From contig CAZDNW010000012.1 of NCBI GenBank assembly GCA_964506905.1, forward strand, positions 1 through 36,002: DNA of 36,002 nt. Direction: 5' to 3'. The notes beneath the pieces are model-generated. The model was not told the DNA's origin and ran no database searches. It saw nothing but the letters and a program-made list of their open reading frames with translations. Origin of the DNA: an uncultured Candidatus Saccharibacteria bacterium (lineage in GTDB: Bacteria; Patescibacteriota; WWE3; 2-01-FULL-39-13). Of the stretch, positions 26,058 to 34,410 are shown piece after piece. Position 1 is the stretch's first letter, and each line of letters begins with the position of its first letter. The position numbers and the translations under genes are program-made.

Positions 26058-26246
26058 ATGAAGGAGATTTTTTTCAGTAGAAGATATAGAGATATGCCTA
26101 GAAAATTGTCTAAAAGATTAATAAAATATCAAAATTTATTGGCAATGCTTAAGCATACCGTTACAGAAGAAGAAAAAGAAGTAGATTCTGTAAAAGAAGT
26201 AAAGGATTTAAAGCACGCAATCATTGAATTAAGAAAATCTGTATAA
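26058..26246 (+). CDS. hypothetical small basic protein (uncertain gene)
   Basis: 62-codon ORF with no family recognised. It overlaps in another frame a 30-codon ORF (25988-26080) across a T7 run. Confidence 0.35.
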   Translation: MKEIFFSRRYRDMPRKLSKRLIKYQNLLAMLKHTVTEEEKEVDSVKEVKDLKHAIIELRKSV

Positions 26247-26252
26247 TATAAT
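26224..26252 (+). promoter_or_regulatory. candidate promoter of the serS leader
   Basis: TTGAAT (26224-26229), 17 nt, TATAAT (26247-26252). This would start transcription at about the first leader helix (26257). Confidence 0.45.
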
Positions 26253-26256
26253 GAAA

Positions 26257-26414
26257 GTGCGATGATAAAGGGTAGCGCCTTTTGAGCATTTAGGGAAAAC
26301 TTACTTTTAGTAAGATTAACCTAAACGGGTTATGCACGAAACGCATATTCCACAAAGTGCCTAGTTGTTAACTAGGAAATGGAGTGGCACCGCGGTTATT
26401 ATAATCGTCTCCAT
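26257..26414 (+). promoter_or_regulatory. T-box leader RNA upstream of serS
   Basis: GCGATGA K-turn-type motif at 26259-26265. Stem III CCTAGTT-GTT-AACTAGG at 26360-26376. T-box sequence AAATGGAGTGGCACCGCGG. It folds into an antiterminator with helix ATGGAG/CTCCAT (26379-84 / 26409-14), a 7-nt bulge TGGCACC (26385-91) and helix GCGG/TCGT. Confidence 0.65.
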
Positions 26415-26536
26415 ATAAGTTTATATATAATTTTTGCTCTTTAAATTAAGAGTGTGTTGTAGTTTTATCTGTGTATTGGTGGAATTTATAGGTTTGAATT
26501 CCACATAATGCATATATAAAACTGAAAATAACTTAT

Positions 26537-27811
26537 ATGTTGGACATTAAGTTTATTAGAGAAAACCCTGATGTTGTAAAAAATGCAATAAAAGTTAAAC
26601 AATTAGAAGGTACGGTTGATATTGACGAGCTATTACAAGTTGATACTAAATTACAAGAAATTAGTAAAGAGCTGGATGAATTAAGACGACAAAGAAATGA
26701 ATTAGATAAACAAATAAAGTTTGAAAAAGATCTCGAAAAAAAGAAGCCATTAATTGAAAAAGCAACTGAGCTTAAACCGAAAGTAAATGAACTTGAAGAA
26801 AAATATAGAGAATTAAAAGAAAAATTCGATAATCTTATGTTATGGGTGCCAAATGTTCCAGCTGATGATGTACCTATTGGTGAAGATGAGTCTGGAAATG
26901 TAGAGATTAAAGTTGTTGGAGAAATTCCAAATTTTGATTTTGAACCTAAAAATCATGTTGAATTAATAGAAAATTTAAAGTTAGCAGATACAAAAAGGGG
27001 AACTAAGATAGGTGGATTTAGAGCATATTTTATGACTGGAAAAGGTGCGATTTTAGAACAAGCAATATTAAGGTATGCGTATGATTTTATGATTAAACAA
27101 GGGTTTACACCGATGAATGTACCTGTAATGGTAAAAAAAGAATGGTTAGTTGGAACAGGATATTTCCCTTGGGGGCAAGAAGATCATTATGGCATAGAAA
27201 ATGATATGGCCTTAATAGGAACAGCTGAAGTTTCGTTGACAGCATATCATGCAAATGAAGTTTTGGATGAAAAAGAATTGCCGGTAAAAATGGTCGGAAT
27301 TTCTCCTTGTTTTAGAAGAGAAGTTGGTTCGCACGGAAAAGATACAAAAGGTATTTTTAGAGTTCACTATTTTAATAAAGTAGAACAAGTAGTTTTATTA
27401 CCGCAAGGGGAAGATTTAACAAGGGAATGGCATGACAGAATGCTTGGTTATGCAGAACAGATATTGCAAGATTTTGGGTTGCCATATCATGTATTACTTA
27501 TGTGTACTGGAGATATGGGAGCAGGACAAAGAAAAAAGTATGATATAGAAGTTTGGTTTCCAGGTGAAGGTAAATATAGAGAAACCCATTCCGATTCATA
27601 TTTTCTAGATTTTCAAGCAAGAAGATTAAATATGAGATATACAGATAAAGATGGAAACAAGAAATATATGTATACATTAAATAATACTGTTGCAGCAACT
27701 CCACGATTATTAGCAGGATTGATAGAAAATTATCAGCAAAAAGATGGGTCAGTTGTGGTGCCTGAGGTATTAAGAAAATATACTGGTTTTGATGTTATTG
27801 AACCAGAATAA
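26537..27811 (+). CDS. serS: serine--tRNA ligase
   Basis: N-terminal coiled-coil arm (MLDIKFIRENPD...), class II motifs FRREVGSHGKDTKGIFRVHYFNKVE and NNTVAATPRLLAGLIENYQ. Confidence 0.95.
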   Translation: MLDIKFIRENPDVVKNAIKVKQLEGTVDIDELLQVDTKLQEISKELDELRRQRNELDKQIKFEKDLEKKKPLIEKATELKPKVNELEEKYRELKEKFDNLMLWVPNVPADDVPIGEDESGNVEIKVVGEIPNFDFEPKNHVELIENLKLADTKRGTKIGGFRAYFMTGKGAILEQAILRYAYDFMIKQGFTPMNVPVMVKKEWLVGTGYFPWGQEDHYGIENDMALIGTAEVSLTAYHANEVLDEKELPVKMVGISPCFRREVGSHGKDTKGIFRVHYFNKVEQVVLLPQGEDLTREWHDRMLGYAEQILQDFGLPYHVLLMCTGDMGAGQRKKYDIEVWFPGEGKYRETHSDSYFLDFQARRLNMRYTDKDGNKKYMYTLNNTVAATPRLLAGLIENYQQKDGSVVVPEVLRKYTGFDVIEPE

Positions 27812-27830
27812 ATAATGATGAAGAAAAAAG

Positions 27831-27864
27831 AGGGGCATTAGTAAAAAATGCCCCTTTTCTTATT
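27831..27864 (+). terminator. intrinsic terminator
   Basis: AGGGGCAT, loop TAGTAAAAA, ATGCCCCT, then TTTCTTATT. An A-tract precedes it. Confidence 0.85.
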
Positions 27865-27896
27865 GTTACACATATTATTTTTGTTAAACTTTAACT

Positions 27897-28415
27897 ATGA
27901 TTCAAATGACTTTTTTTGATTTTATAGATAATTTTGCGATATTTGTGTATGTGGTTATTGTAGGTTTTCTAATCTTTAGAAGGTTTAGGCATAAATTTTT
28001 AGATTATATTGGAATTTTAATCTTAGCTGCTGCAATTTCTGAAGGTTTAAAATATTTTATTGCAAAGCCAAGGCCAGAATTGGGTGTTATTAAAGGATTT
28101 GAAGGTTCAAGTTTTCCATCTACACATTCTACTATAGTATTTACAGCGTTTTTTTTCTTTTTATTTTCTTGTCATAGTTTGTCTTTTATAAAGAGAAAGA
28201 GGGAAGGGGATAAAAGTACTCATTTAGATAGGGTAGAGGTGTCTGAAAATATTCTTGTCATAGTTTTATTATTTTTTGGAGCATTATTTGTTGGAGCACT
28301 AAGAGTAATTGTCGGAGCCCATTATCCAGTAGATGTTTTAGCAGGAGCTGTTTTAGGATTTCTAATATCTGCGCCTTTTAGATATTACGACATCTCCATT
28401 TCGAAAATACGATGA
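27897..28415 (+). CDS. PAP2-family phosphatase (BcrC/PgpB-type lipid phosphate phosphatase)
   Basis: KYFIAKPRP, PSTHS and RVIVGAHYPVDVLAG are the three PAP2 motifs; multiple TM helices. Confidence 0.85.
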   Translation: MIQMTFFDFIDNFAIFVYVVIVGFLIFRRFRHKFLDYIGILILAAAISEGLKYFIAKPRPELGVIKGFEGSSFPSTHSTIVFTAFFFFLFSCHSLSFIKRKREGDKSTHLDRVEVSENILVIVLLFFGALFVGALRVIVGAHYPVDVLAGAVLGFLISAPFRYYDISISKIR

Positions 28416-29287
28416 CTCTATACGAAGCGATAATACTTGGAATTGTACAAGGAATTGCGGAGTTTCTTCCTATCTCATCGTCAGGGCATTTGATTTTATT
28501 TCCTTATTTATTAGGGTGGGAACCACACGATTTAGTATTTGATGTAGCATTGCATTTTGGAACTGCATTAGCTGTGATTATATATTTCTTTAAGGATTGG
28601 TTTAATATGATATATTCTACAACTCAGGATTTGGTAAATATTATGAAAGTAGCATTTAGTAAGAAACAGCCGCTAAAAACCACGGCTACACACACATTGC
28701 GACATCAGTCCAGATTGTTTATCTATATCATATTGGTAACTATTCCTGTTGGAATTGCGGGTTTTTTATTAGAAGATACGGTAGAACATATTTTCAGATC
28801 TCCCCTACTCGTTGGAATTATGTTGATATTAATGAGCATTGTAATGATTATGGCTGATAGATATATGAATTTCATTGAATCTAGACATATTGATATTATT
28901 TCCACATTAAAAAATTTGAAATTTTTAGATGCTTTATTGATAAGTTTAAGTCAAATTATTGCTTTAATCCCAGGTACTTCAAGATCAGGGATTACAGTAT
29001 CAGTTGGAATGTTTAGAAAAATTTCTAGAGAACAAGCGGCCAGATTTTCATTTTTACTTGCTACACCAGTTATTTTGGGTGCTGCATTATTAAAATCAAG
29101 AGATTTAGTAGATATGACTTCAGATGATTTGCAATTATTAGCAGTTGGTACAATTGTGTCATTTGTTGTAGGAATTCTATCCATTGCATTTTTGGTTAAA
29201 TATTTAAAAAATCATAGTTTAACTTTATTCATAGTGTATAGGATTTTATTGGGTGTTTTGGTTATTTATGTTGCACTTTTCAAATAA
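28412..29287 (+). CDS. uppP: undecaprenyl-diphosphate phosphatase (BacA/UppP)
   Basis: GIVQGIAEFLPISSSGHLILFPYLLGW and PGTSRSGITVSVGMF motifs. The start overlaps the PAP2 stop (ATGA at 28412-28415). Confidence 0.92.
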   Translation: MTLYEAIILGIVQGIAEFLPISSSGHLILFPYLLGWEPHDLVFDVALHFGTALAVIIYFFKDWFNMIYSTTQDLVNIMKVAFSKKQPLKTTATHTLRHQSRLFIYIILVTIPVGIAGFLLEDTVEHIFRSPLLVGIMLILMSIVMIMADRYMNFIESRHIDIISTLKNLKFLDALLISLSQIIALIPGTSRSGITVSVGMFRKISREQAARFSFLLATPVILGAALLKSRDLVDMTSDDLQLLAVGTIVSFVVGILSIAFLVKYLKNHSLTLFIVYRILLGVLVIYVALFK

Positions 29288-29351
29288 CCTATCTACATAA
29301 GAAAAAATGCATATACCTGACTTATACTAAGTATGATATATTAAAACTAAT

Positions 29352-29663
29352 ATGGACAAAACATTATTAAAAGCATTAGGATTATTATTTTTATTAGTAT
29401 TAATGATGGGAGGATTTCTGCTGTATTCAATGAAGTCTACTGAGAATCAAATAGAAGAGACAGAACAAGATTGTGTTACACAAATAAGAAAAAAGTACAA
29501 CATATCAGAGGAACAATTTGAGCAGATGAAAGCTCAAAGTCAAGATGGAATAATAGCAGTACCGCCAGAAGTTGTTGAAGAATTTAATAAGTGTGTTAAA
29601 GATGATGCTTCGACAATGGCACCCGCACCATCTACAACAAAACCAATAACTCCACCAAATTAA
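29352..29663 (+). CDS. hypothetical small membrane-anchored protein
   Basis: One N-terminal TM helix (LGLLFLLVLMMGGFLLY), an acidic helical region and a Pro/Thr-rich tail. Confidence 0.55.
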   Translation: MDKTLLKALGLLFLLVLMMGGFLLYSMKSTENQIEETEQDCVTQIRKKYNISEEQFEQMKAQSQDGIIAVPPEVVEEFNKCVKDDASTMAPAPSTTKPITPPN

Positions 29664-29719
29664 TAGAATCTAATTTTGTTTTGTTGATAATTTTATAGTA
29701 GGTAATATAATTACTAATT

Positions 29720-32311
29720 ATGTTTAATAAAATTTTTGGGAAATTACTTGACAGTAATGATTATAAACTGAAACAACTTGAACCGATTGTTAAAGAGATA
29801 AATTCATATGAGGATGAATTTAAGACATTAACAGACGAAGAAATTAAAGAAAAGACTAGTAAATGGCAAAAAGAATTGCGAGAAAATGACTTAACTGATG
29901 ATGAGGTAAATGAGAAATTAAATAAAATTTTGCCAGAGGCATACGCTTTAGTAAAAGAATCAGCGAGAAGAACAATGAGCCAACCGCATAGAGATGTGCA
30001 ATTAATGGCTGGTATTGTATTGCATCAAGGAAGAATAGCTGAACAAAAAACTGGTGAAGGAAAAACCTTAACTGCCACACTGCCGTTGTATTTAAATTCA
30101 CTTACAGGTAAGGGTGCGCATTTAGTTACTCCAAATGATTATTTATCTAAACACGCTGTTGGTTGGTACGGACCAGTATATGAAATGTTAGGTGTTAAAG
30201 TTGGGGTAATTGTGCATGAAGAAGCATTTATGTATGATCCTGAATATACAAACGAGGATATTAATGATATGTATTTGGTTCATCTAAAACCTGTTTCAAG
30301 ATTAAAAGCATATCGTTGTGATATCACATACGGAACAAATAGCGAATTTGGTTTTGACTTTTTAAGAGATAATATGAAACAACAAGTTTGGGAACTTGTT
30401 CAATCTAATCCAAATCGAGATTACTATGCTCATAATTTTGCGATTGTCGATGAGGTTGATAATATTTTAATTGATATTGCAAGAACGCCTCTTATTATTT
30501 CGTCATCTAAAAATTTACCACCTGAAATGTATACGAAATTCGCACAGTTAGCTGAAGGATTAGTTGAAGAAACAGATTATACAATAGACGAAAAATTTAA
30601 GGTTGTAACACTTACTGAAATTGGTATTCGAAAGATTGAACGTAAGTTAGGTGTAGAAAATTTGTATGAAAAAGATTTTGCAACTGTGCATCATATTGAA
30701 AACGCATTAAAAGCTAAAGCATTATTTATAAAGGATAGAGATTATGTTGTTAAAGATGGAGAAGTTATTATCGTTGACCAAAATACAGGTAGATTATTAT
30801 TTGGAAATCGTTGGAGTAATGGATTACATCAAGCTGTAGAGGCAAAAGAAGGTGTCGAAATTAAACCGGAATCTAAGACCGTGGCAACTATTACTTATCA
30901 AAATTATTTTAGGTTGTATGACAAATTAGCTGGTATGACTGGTACGGCTGCAACAGAGGCTGATGAATTTTATAAATTTTATAAATTAGATGTTGTTGTG
31001 ATTCCAACATACAAACCAATTGCTAGAGTTGATCAGCCCGATGTGGTTTACAAAACTGAGTCAGCAAAATTTAGAGCAGTTGCGCGAGACATTGCGGAAA
31101 GACATAAAATGGGTCAACCGGTTTTGATTGGTACTACAACGGTTGAAAAATCACAGTTATTATCTACCTACTTAAAAAGACTAAAAATTCCACATCAAAT
31201 ATTAAATGCAAAAAACCATGAAAAAGAAGCGTTAATTATTGCTCAAGCAGGGCGCAAAGGAGCGGTTACTGTTGCTACAAATATGGCAGGTCGTGGTGTT
31301 GATATTATATTAGGTGGTGATCCATTTGATCAAGAAAAGTATGAGGAAGTTATAAAACTTGGCGGGTTATATGTAATAGGTACAGAAAGACATGATTCAA
31401 GAAGAATTGATAATCAGTTAAGAGGTCGTGCAGGTAGACAAGGTGATGTTGGTGAATCACGTTTTTATTTATCATTGCAAGATTATTTGTTGAGGGTTTT
31501 TGGTGGAGACAAAATTGAATCAATGATGGGTAAACTAGGAGTTGATGAAAATATGCCTATTGAGGCTAGACTAATATCAAGAACTATTGAAAGTGCACAA
31601 AAGAAAGTTGAAGGAATGAATTTTGATCAAAGACAGTCATTAGTGAAATTTGATGATGTTATGACTATACAAAGGGAAACAATTTACGAAATGCGTAGAG
31701 AAATATTATTTTCAGAGGAAGATAAAGAAGCATTTTTAAATTGGATTTTGGAAAAACTAGAACCGTATAAACCGGAGGGTTTTGATAAAATATGGGAACG
31801 AAATTTAAAAGAATATGGTTTGGAAATATGGTATGAGGCAGTTAAACAAGTTTCATTACAAATAATTGATACATTGTGGATTGATCATATAGACGCAATG
31901 GATGATCTTAAGGATGGTGTAAGATTAAGGGGGTATGGGCAGGTAGATCCGTTGGTTGAATACAAACGAGAAGGTAAAATTATGTTTGAAAGGTTGGTGA
32001 ATGAAATTTGGATTACGGTTGCAGATAGACTAGAAAAAATCAAAGTGGAAGTTCAGGTTGCAGAAGATGAACTTGGTGGTAATAATGACAATGCAATAGG
32101 TTCCAAAGAAACACCTGAAAAATTATTAGAAGATGCACAATATAAATCTGGGGAATTTCAAAGTGGTGTAGAGGATGAAGTGGAAACCTTAGCAAAACAA
32201 GCCGCTGATAAATTGCCAGTGAAGGGTGATAAGAAGCCAGGAAGAAACGATCCCTGCTGGTGTGGTAGTGGGAAGAAGTATAAAAAATGCCACGGAAGAT
32301 TTGAAGAATAG
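29720..32311 (+). CDS. secA: preprotein translocase ATPase SecA
   Basis: MAGIVLHQGRIAEQKTGEGKTL (Walker A), DEVDNILIDIARTPLIIS, GMTGTA, ATNMAGRGVDI, and the C-terminal zinc tail CWCGSGKKYKKCHG. Confidence 0.95.
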   Translation: MFNKIFGKLLDSNDYKLKQLEPIVKEINSYEDEFKTLTDEEIKEKTSKWQKELRENDLTDDEVNEKLNKILPEAYALVKESARRTMSQPHRDVQLMAGIVLHQGRIAEQKTGEGKTLTATLPLYLNSLTGKGAHLVTPNDYLSKHAVGWYGPVYEMLGVKVGVIVHEEAFMYDPEYTNEDINDMYLVHLKPVSRLKAYRCDITYGTNSEFGFDFLRDNMKQQVWELVQSNPNRDYYAHNFAIVDEVDNILIDIARTPLIISSSKNLPPEMYTKFAQLAEGLVEETDYTIDEKFKVVTLTEIGIRKIERKLGVENLYEKDFATVHHIENALKAKALFIKDRDYVVKDGEVIIVDQNTGRLLFGNRWSNGLHQAVEAKEGVEIKPESKTVATITYQNYFRLYDKLAGMTGTAATEADEFYKFYKLDVVVIPTYKPIARVDQPDVVYKTESAKFRAVARDIAERHKMGQPVLIGTTTVEKSQLLSTYLKRLKIPHQILNAKNHEKEALIIAQAGRKGAVTVATNMAGRGVDIILGGDPFDQEKYEEVIKLGGLYVIGTERHDSRRIDNQLRGRAGRQGDVGESRFYLSLQDYLLRVFGGDKIESMMGKLGVDENMPIEARLISRTIESAQKKVEGMNFDQRQSLVKFDDVMTIQRETIYEMRREILFSEEDKEAFLNWILEKLEPYKPEGFDKIWERNLKEYGLEIWYEAVKQVSLQIIDTLWIDHIDAMDDLKDGVRLRGYGQVDPLVEYKREGKIMFERLVNEIWITVADRLEKIKVEVQVAEDELGGNNDNAIGSKETPEKLLEDAQYKSGEFQSGVEDEVETLAKQAADKLPVKGDKKPGRNDPCWCGSGKKYKKCHGRFEE

Positions 32312-32585
32312 ATTATAGTGATTTGTAATAAAGTTTAATTTGTGAATATGCAGTCATTTTTTCTTGTTTTCGCGTTGCTCGAAAAGTAAAAAATGCCACT
32401 GAAGATTTGAAGAATAGATTATAGTGATTTGTAATAAAGTTTAATTTGTGAATATGCAGTCATTTTTTCTTGTTCTCGCGTTGCTCGAAAAGTAAAAAAT
32501 GCCACGGAAGATTTGAAGTATAGATTGTAATAGTTTGTAATAAAATTTAGCTTGTGAATAGACAGTAATTTGTTCTACCTCGTTA
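32282..32585. repeat. 106-bp tandem direct repeat, about 2.8 copies; the first copy includes the last 30 nt of secA
   Basis: AAAAAATGCC recurs at 32282, 32388 and 32494. Copies 1 and 2 differ at only two positions (32294 g vs 32400 t; 32369 t vs 32475 c). Copy 3 (32494 to ~32585) is clearly more diverged. Confidence 0.9.
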
Positions 32586-32634
32586 ACACTTTCCAATCCT
32601 TGATATTATTTTCATATCGTATTATAAGTTAAAT

Positions 32635-33267
32635 ATGAATAAATCATATGATGATTTGCTTGATGAATTAGTACAGCAAGGTATATTAGAAAAAAACACA
32701 AGATTATATTATGCATTCGAAAAATTTGACAGAGCTGATTTTGTTAGAGAAGAAGATAGGCAAAATGCATATATGAATACCCCTTTATATATTGGTTACG
32801 GTCAGACTGTTTCACAGCCATATACCATAGCATTTATGTTAAAACTTTTAGAAGTTCAACCTGGAAATAAAGTTTTGGAGGTTGGATATGGTTCTGGATG
32901 GCAAACAGCAATTTTAACTGATTTGGTTCAACCAAATGGTGAAGTTCATGCTACTGAACTAGTTCCTGAAATAAAAAAGTTTGGCGAAAAGAACTTAAAA
33001 AAGTATAATTTAGACTTAAATGGGAATTTGTTTTTATATCAAGCTAAAAAGGGTGATTTAGGTGTTAAAAAAGAATGCCCATTTGATAGAATTATTAGTG
33101 GAGCTTCAGCATTAAGTTTGCCACAACAGTTAATAGATCAACTTAAATCAGGTGGAATAATGGTTTTGCCAGTAAAAAACTCAATTTTAAAGGTTGTTAA
33201 AACAAATGAGAAAGATTTTACAGTTGAAGAATATCCTGGGTTTGTATTTGTTCCTTTAATCACCTAA
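32635..33267 (+). CDS. pcm: protein-L-isoaspartate O-methyltransferase
   Basis: GYGQTVSQPYTIAFMLKLLEVQPGNKVLEVGYGSGWQTAILTDLV (SAM-binding motif I), with the usual PGFVFVPL ending. Confidence 0.9.
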   Translation: MNKSYDDLLDELVQQGILEKNTRLYYAFEKFDRADFVREEDRQNAYMNTPLYIGYGQTVSQPYTIAFMLKLLEVQPGNKVLEVGYGSGWQTAILTDLVQPNGEVHATELVPEIKKFGEKNLKKYNLDLNGNLFLYQAKKGDLGVKKECPFDRIISGASALSLPQQLIDQLKSGGIMVLPVKNSILKVVKTNEKDFTVEEYPGFVFVPLIT

Positions 33268-33278
33268 TTTGAATTATT

Positions 33279-34406
33279 TTATTTGTGAAAATTACAACCT
33301 ATTGCTTCTGAAATGTTAGAAAACCCATTTTTTTTCAACATTTTAACTAAATCCTTATTAATTTTACCGATTAATTGTGGTCCTTCAAATACCATTCCTG
33401 TAATAAGTTGCACTAACGATGCCCCATTTTTGATTTTTTCATAAGCATCTTGTGCATTAAATACTCCTCCTGTACCAATAAATATTGTGTGGTTTTTATA
33501 ATCCTTATACATATTGCGTAATAGCTTATCAGCATTTTTTTGTGTTGGCTTTCCGCTAAAATTTCCTTTTAGATTTTTTACACTCTCTATTTCTGTTTTA
33601 TCAAAATATGGATTTGTTCTGTCTTTTACTAAGTTGGAAAATATGAAACCTGATATACCGTTTTCTATTCCTATTTTAATGAGTTTGCTAGCGTGATTTA
33701 AAGTTAATTCGTTAGCCATTTTCACAAATAAAGGTTGTTTTATATTTAAATTTTTGATTTCCTTCAATAAATCTTCATAGTTTTTTAAATCAGCAAAGCT
33801 TTCTGTAATTCTAGAATTTGGACAGCTTATATTTATTTCAAAATATTTTAAATATGTTTTTGATTTAAAAACTTCAAATCCATTTATATAATCATCAATT
33901 GCTTTTGAAATAGTATCAATTTCTGGAATATTTGTGCTTCCTACACTTAATCCCACAGTTTTATCATGCAAGTTCATTTTATCTAGTCGCTTTGCGACAG
34001 CTTCGGCACCTTCTGATTTAAAACCTTTATTTACAAGTAATGATTTGGATTTAGGAAGTCTTGCTAATCTTGGGGGTTTATTACCCTCGTATTGTTGAAA
34101 AGTAACAGTACCAACAGTATTAAATCCAAAACCTATATAATACATGGTTTCAGCTAAGTGACCATCATAATCAAAACCAGCCGATAAACCGATTGGATTC
34201 GCAAAGTCTATTCCAAGTATCTTTTGCTTTAGTTTAGGGTTTTCATACCTAAATGTTTTTAAGAGTAAACTTTTGGTTGTGTTGTTTTTTGTTAATTGCT
34301 TTCCTAATTTAGTGAAATGATTATGAACATCTTCAGCATCTTTTTTGAAAAGAATCGGTTTAATTAAGTTCTTATAAGTTAAGTTTATTGGTTTATTTGC
34401 TACCAT
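33279..34406 (-). CDS. pyrD: dihydroorotate dehydrogenase-like flavoenzyme (class 2-type architecture, Cys at the catalytic-base position)
   Basis: The N-terminal extension plus NPIGLSAGFDYDG, NKPPRLARL, EINISCPN, IGTGGV and ASLVQLITG all align with E. coli PyrD. Confidence 0.75.
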   Translation of the reverse strand: MVANKPINLTYKNLIKPILFKKDAEDVHNHFTKLGKQLTKNNTTKSLLLKTFRYENPKLKQKILGIDFANPIGLSAGFDYDGHLAETMYYIGFGFNTVGTVTFQQYEGNKPPRLARLPKSKSLLVNKGFKSEGAEAVAKRLDKMNLHDKTVGLSVGSTNIPEIDTISKAIDDYINGFEVFKSKTYLKYFEINISCPNSRITESFADLKNYEDLLKEIKNLNIKQPLFVKMANELTLNHASKLIKIGIENGISGFIFSNLVKDRTNPYFDKTEIESVKNLKGNFSGKPTQKNADKLLRNMYKDYKNHTIFIGTGGVFNAQDAYEKIKNGASLVQLITGMVFEGPQLIGKINKDLVKMLKKNGFSNISEAIGCNFHK

Positions 34407-34410
34407 AATT

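Noticed and set aside
5243-28415. Possibility of an alternative genetic code (UGA recoded, as in some candidate phyla or mycoplasmas).
   Set aside because: TGA terminates three genes exactly where the protein families normally end (5243-5245, 22122-22124, 28413-28415). No recognised gene is broken by in-frame TGA under the standard code.
32282-32585. Tandem repeat as a CRISPR array or as a DGR template/variable repeat pair.
   Set aside because: The copies are contiguous with no unique spacers. No cas genes or reverse transcriptase are in the window. The copy differences are not adenine-specific.
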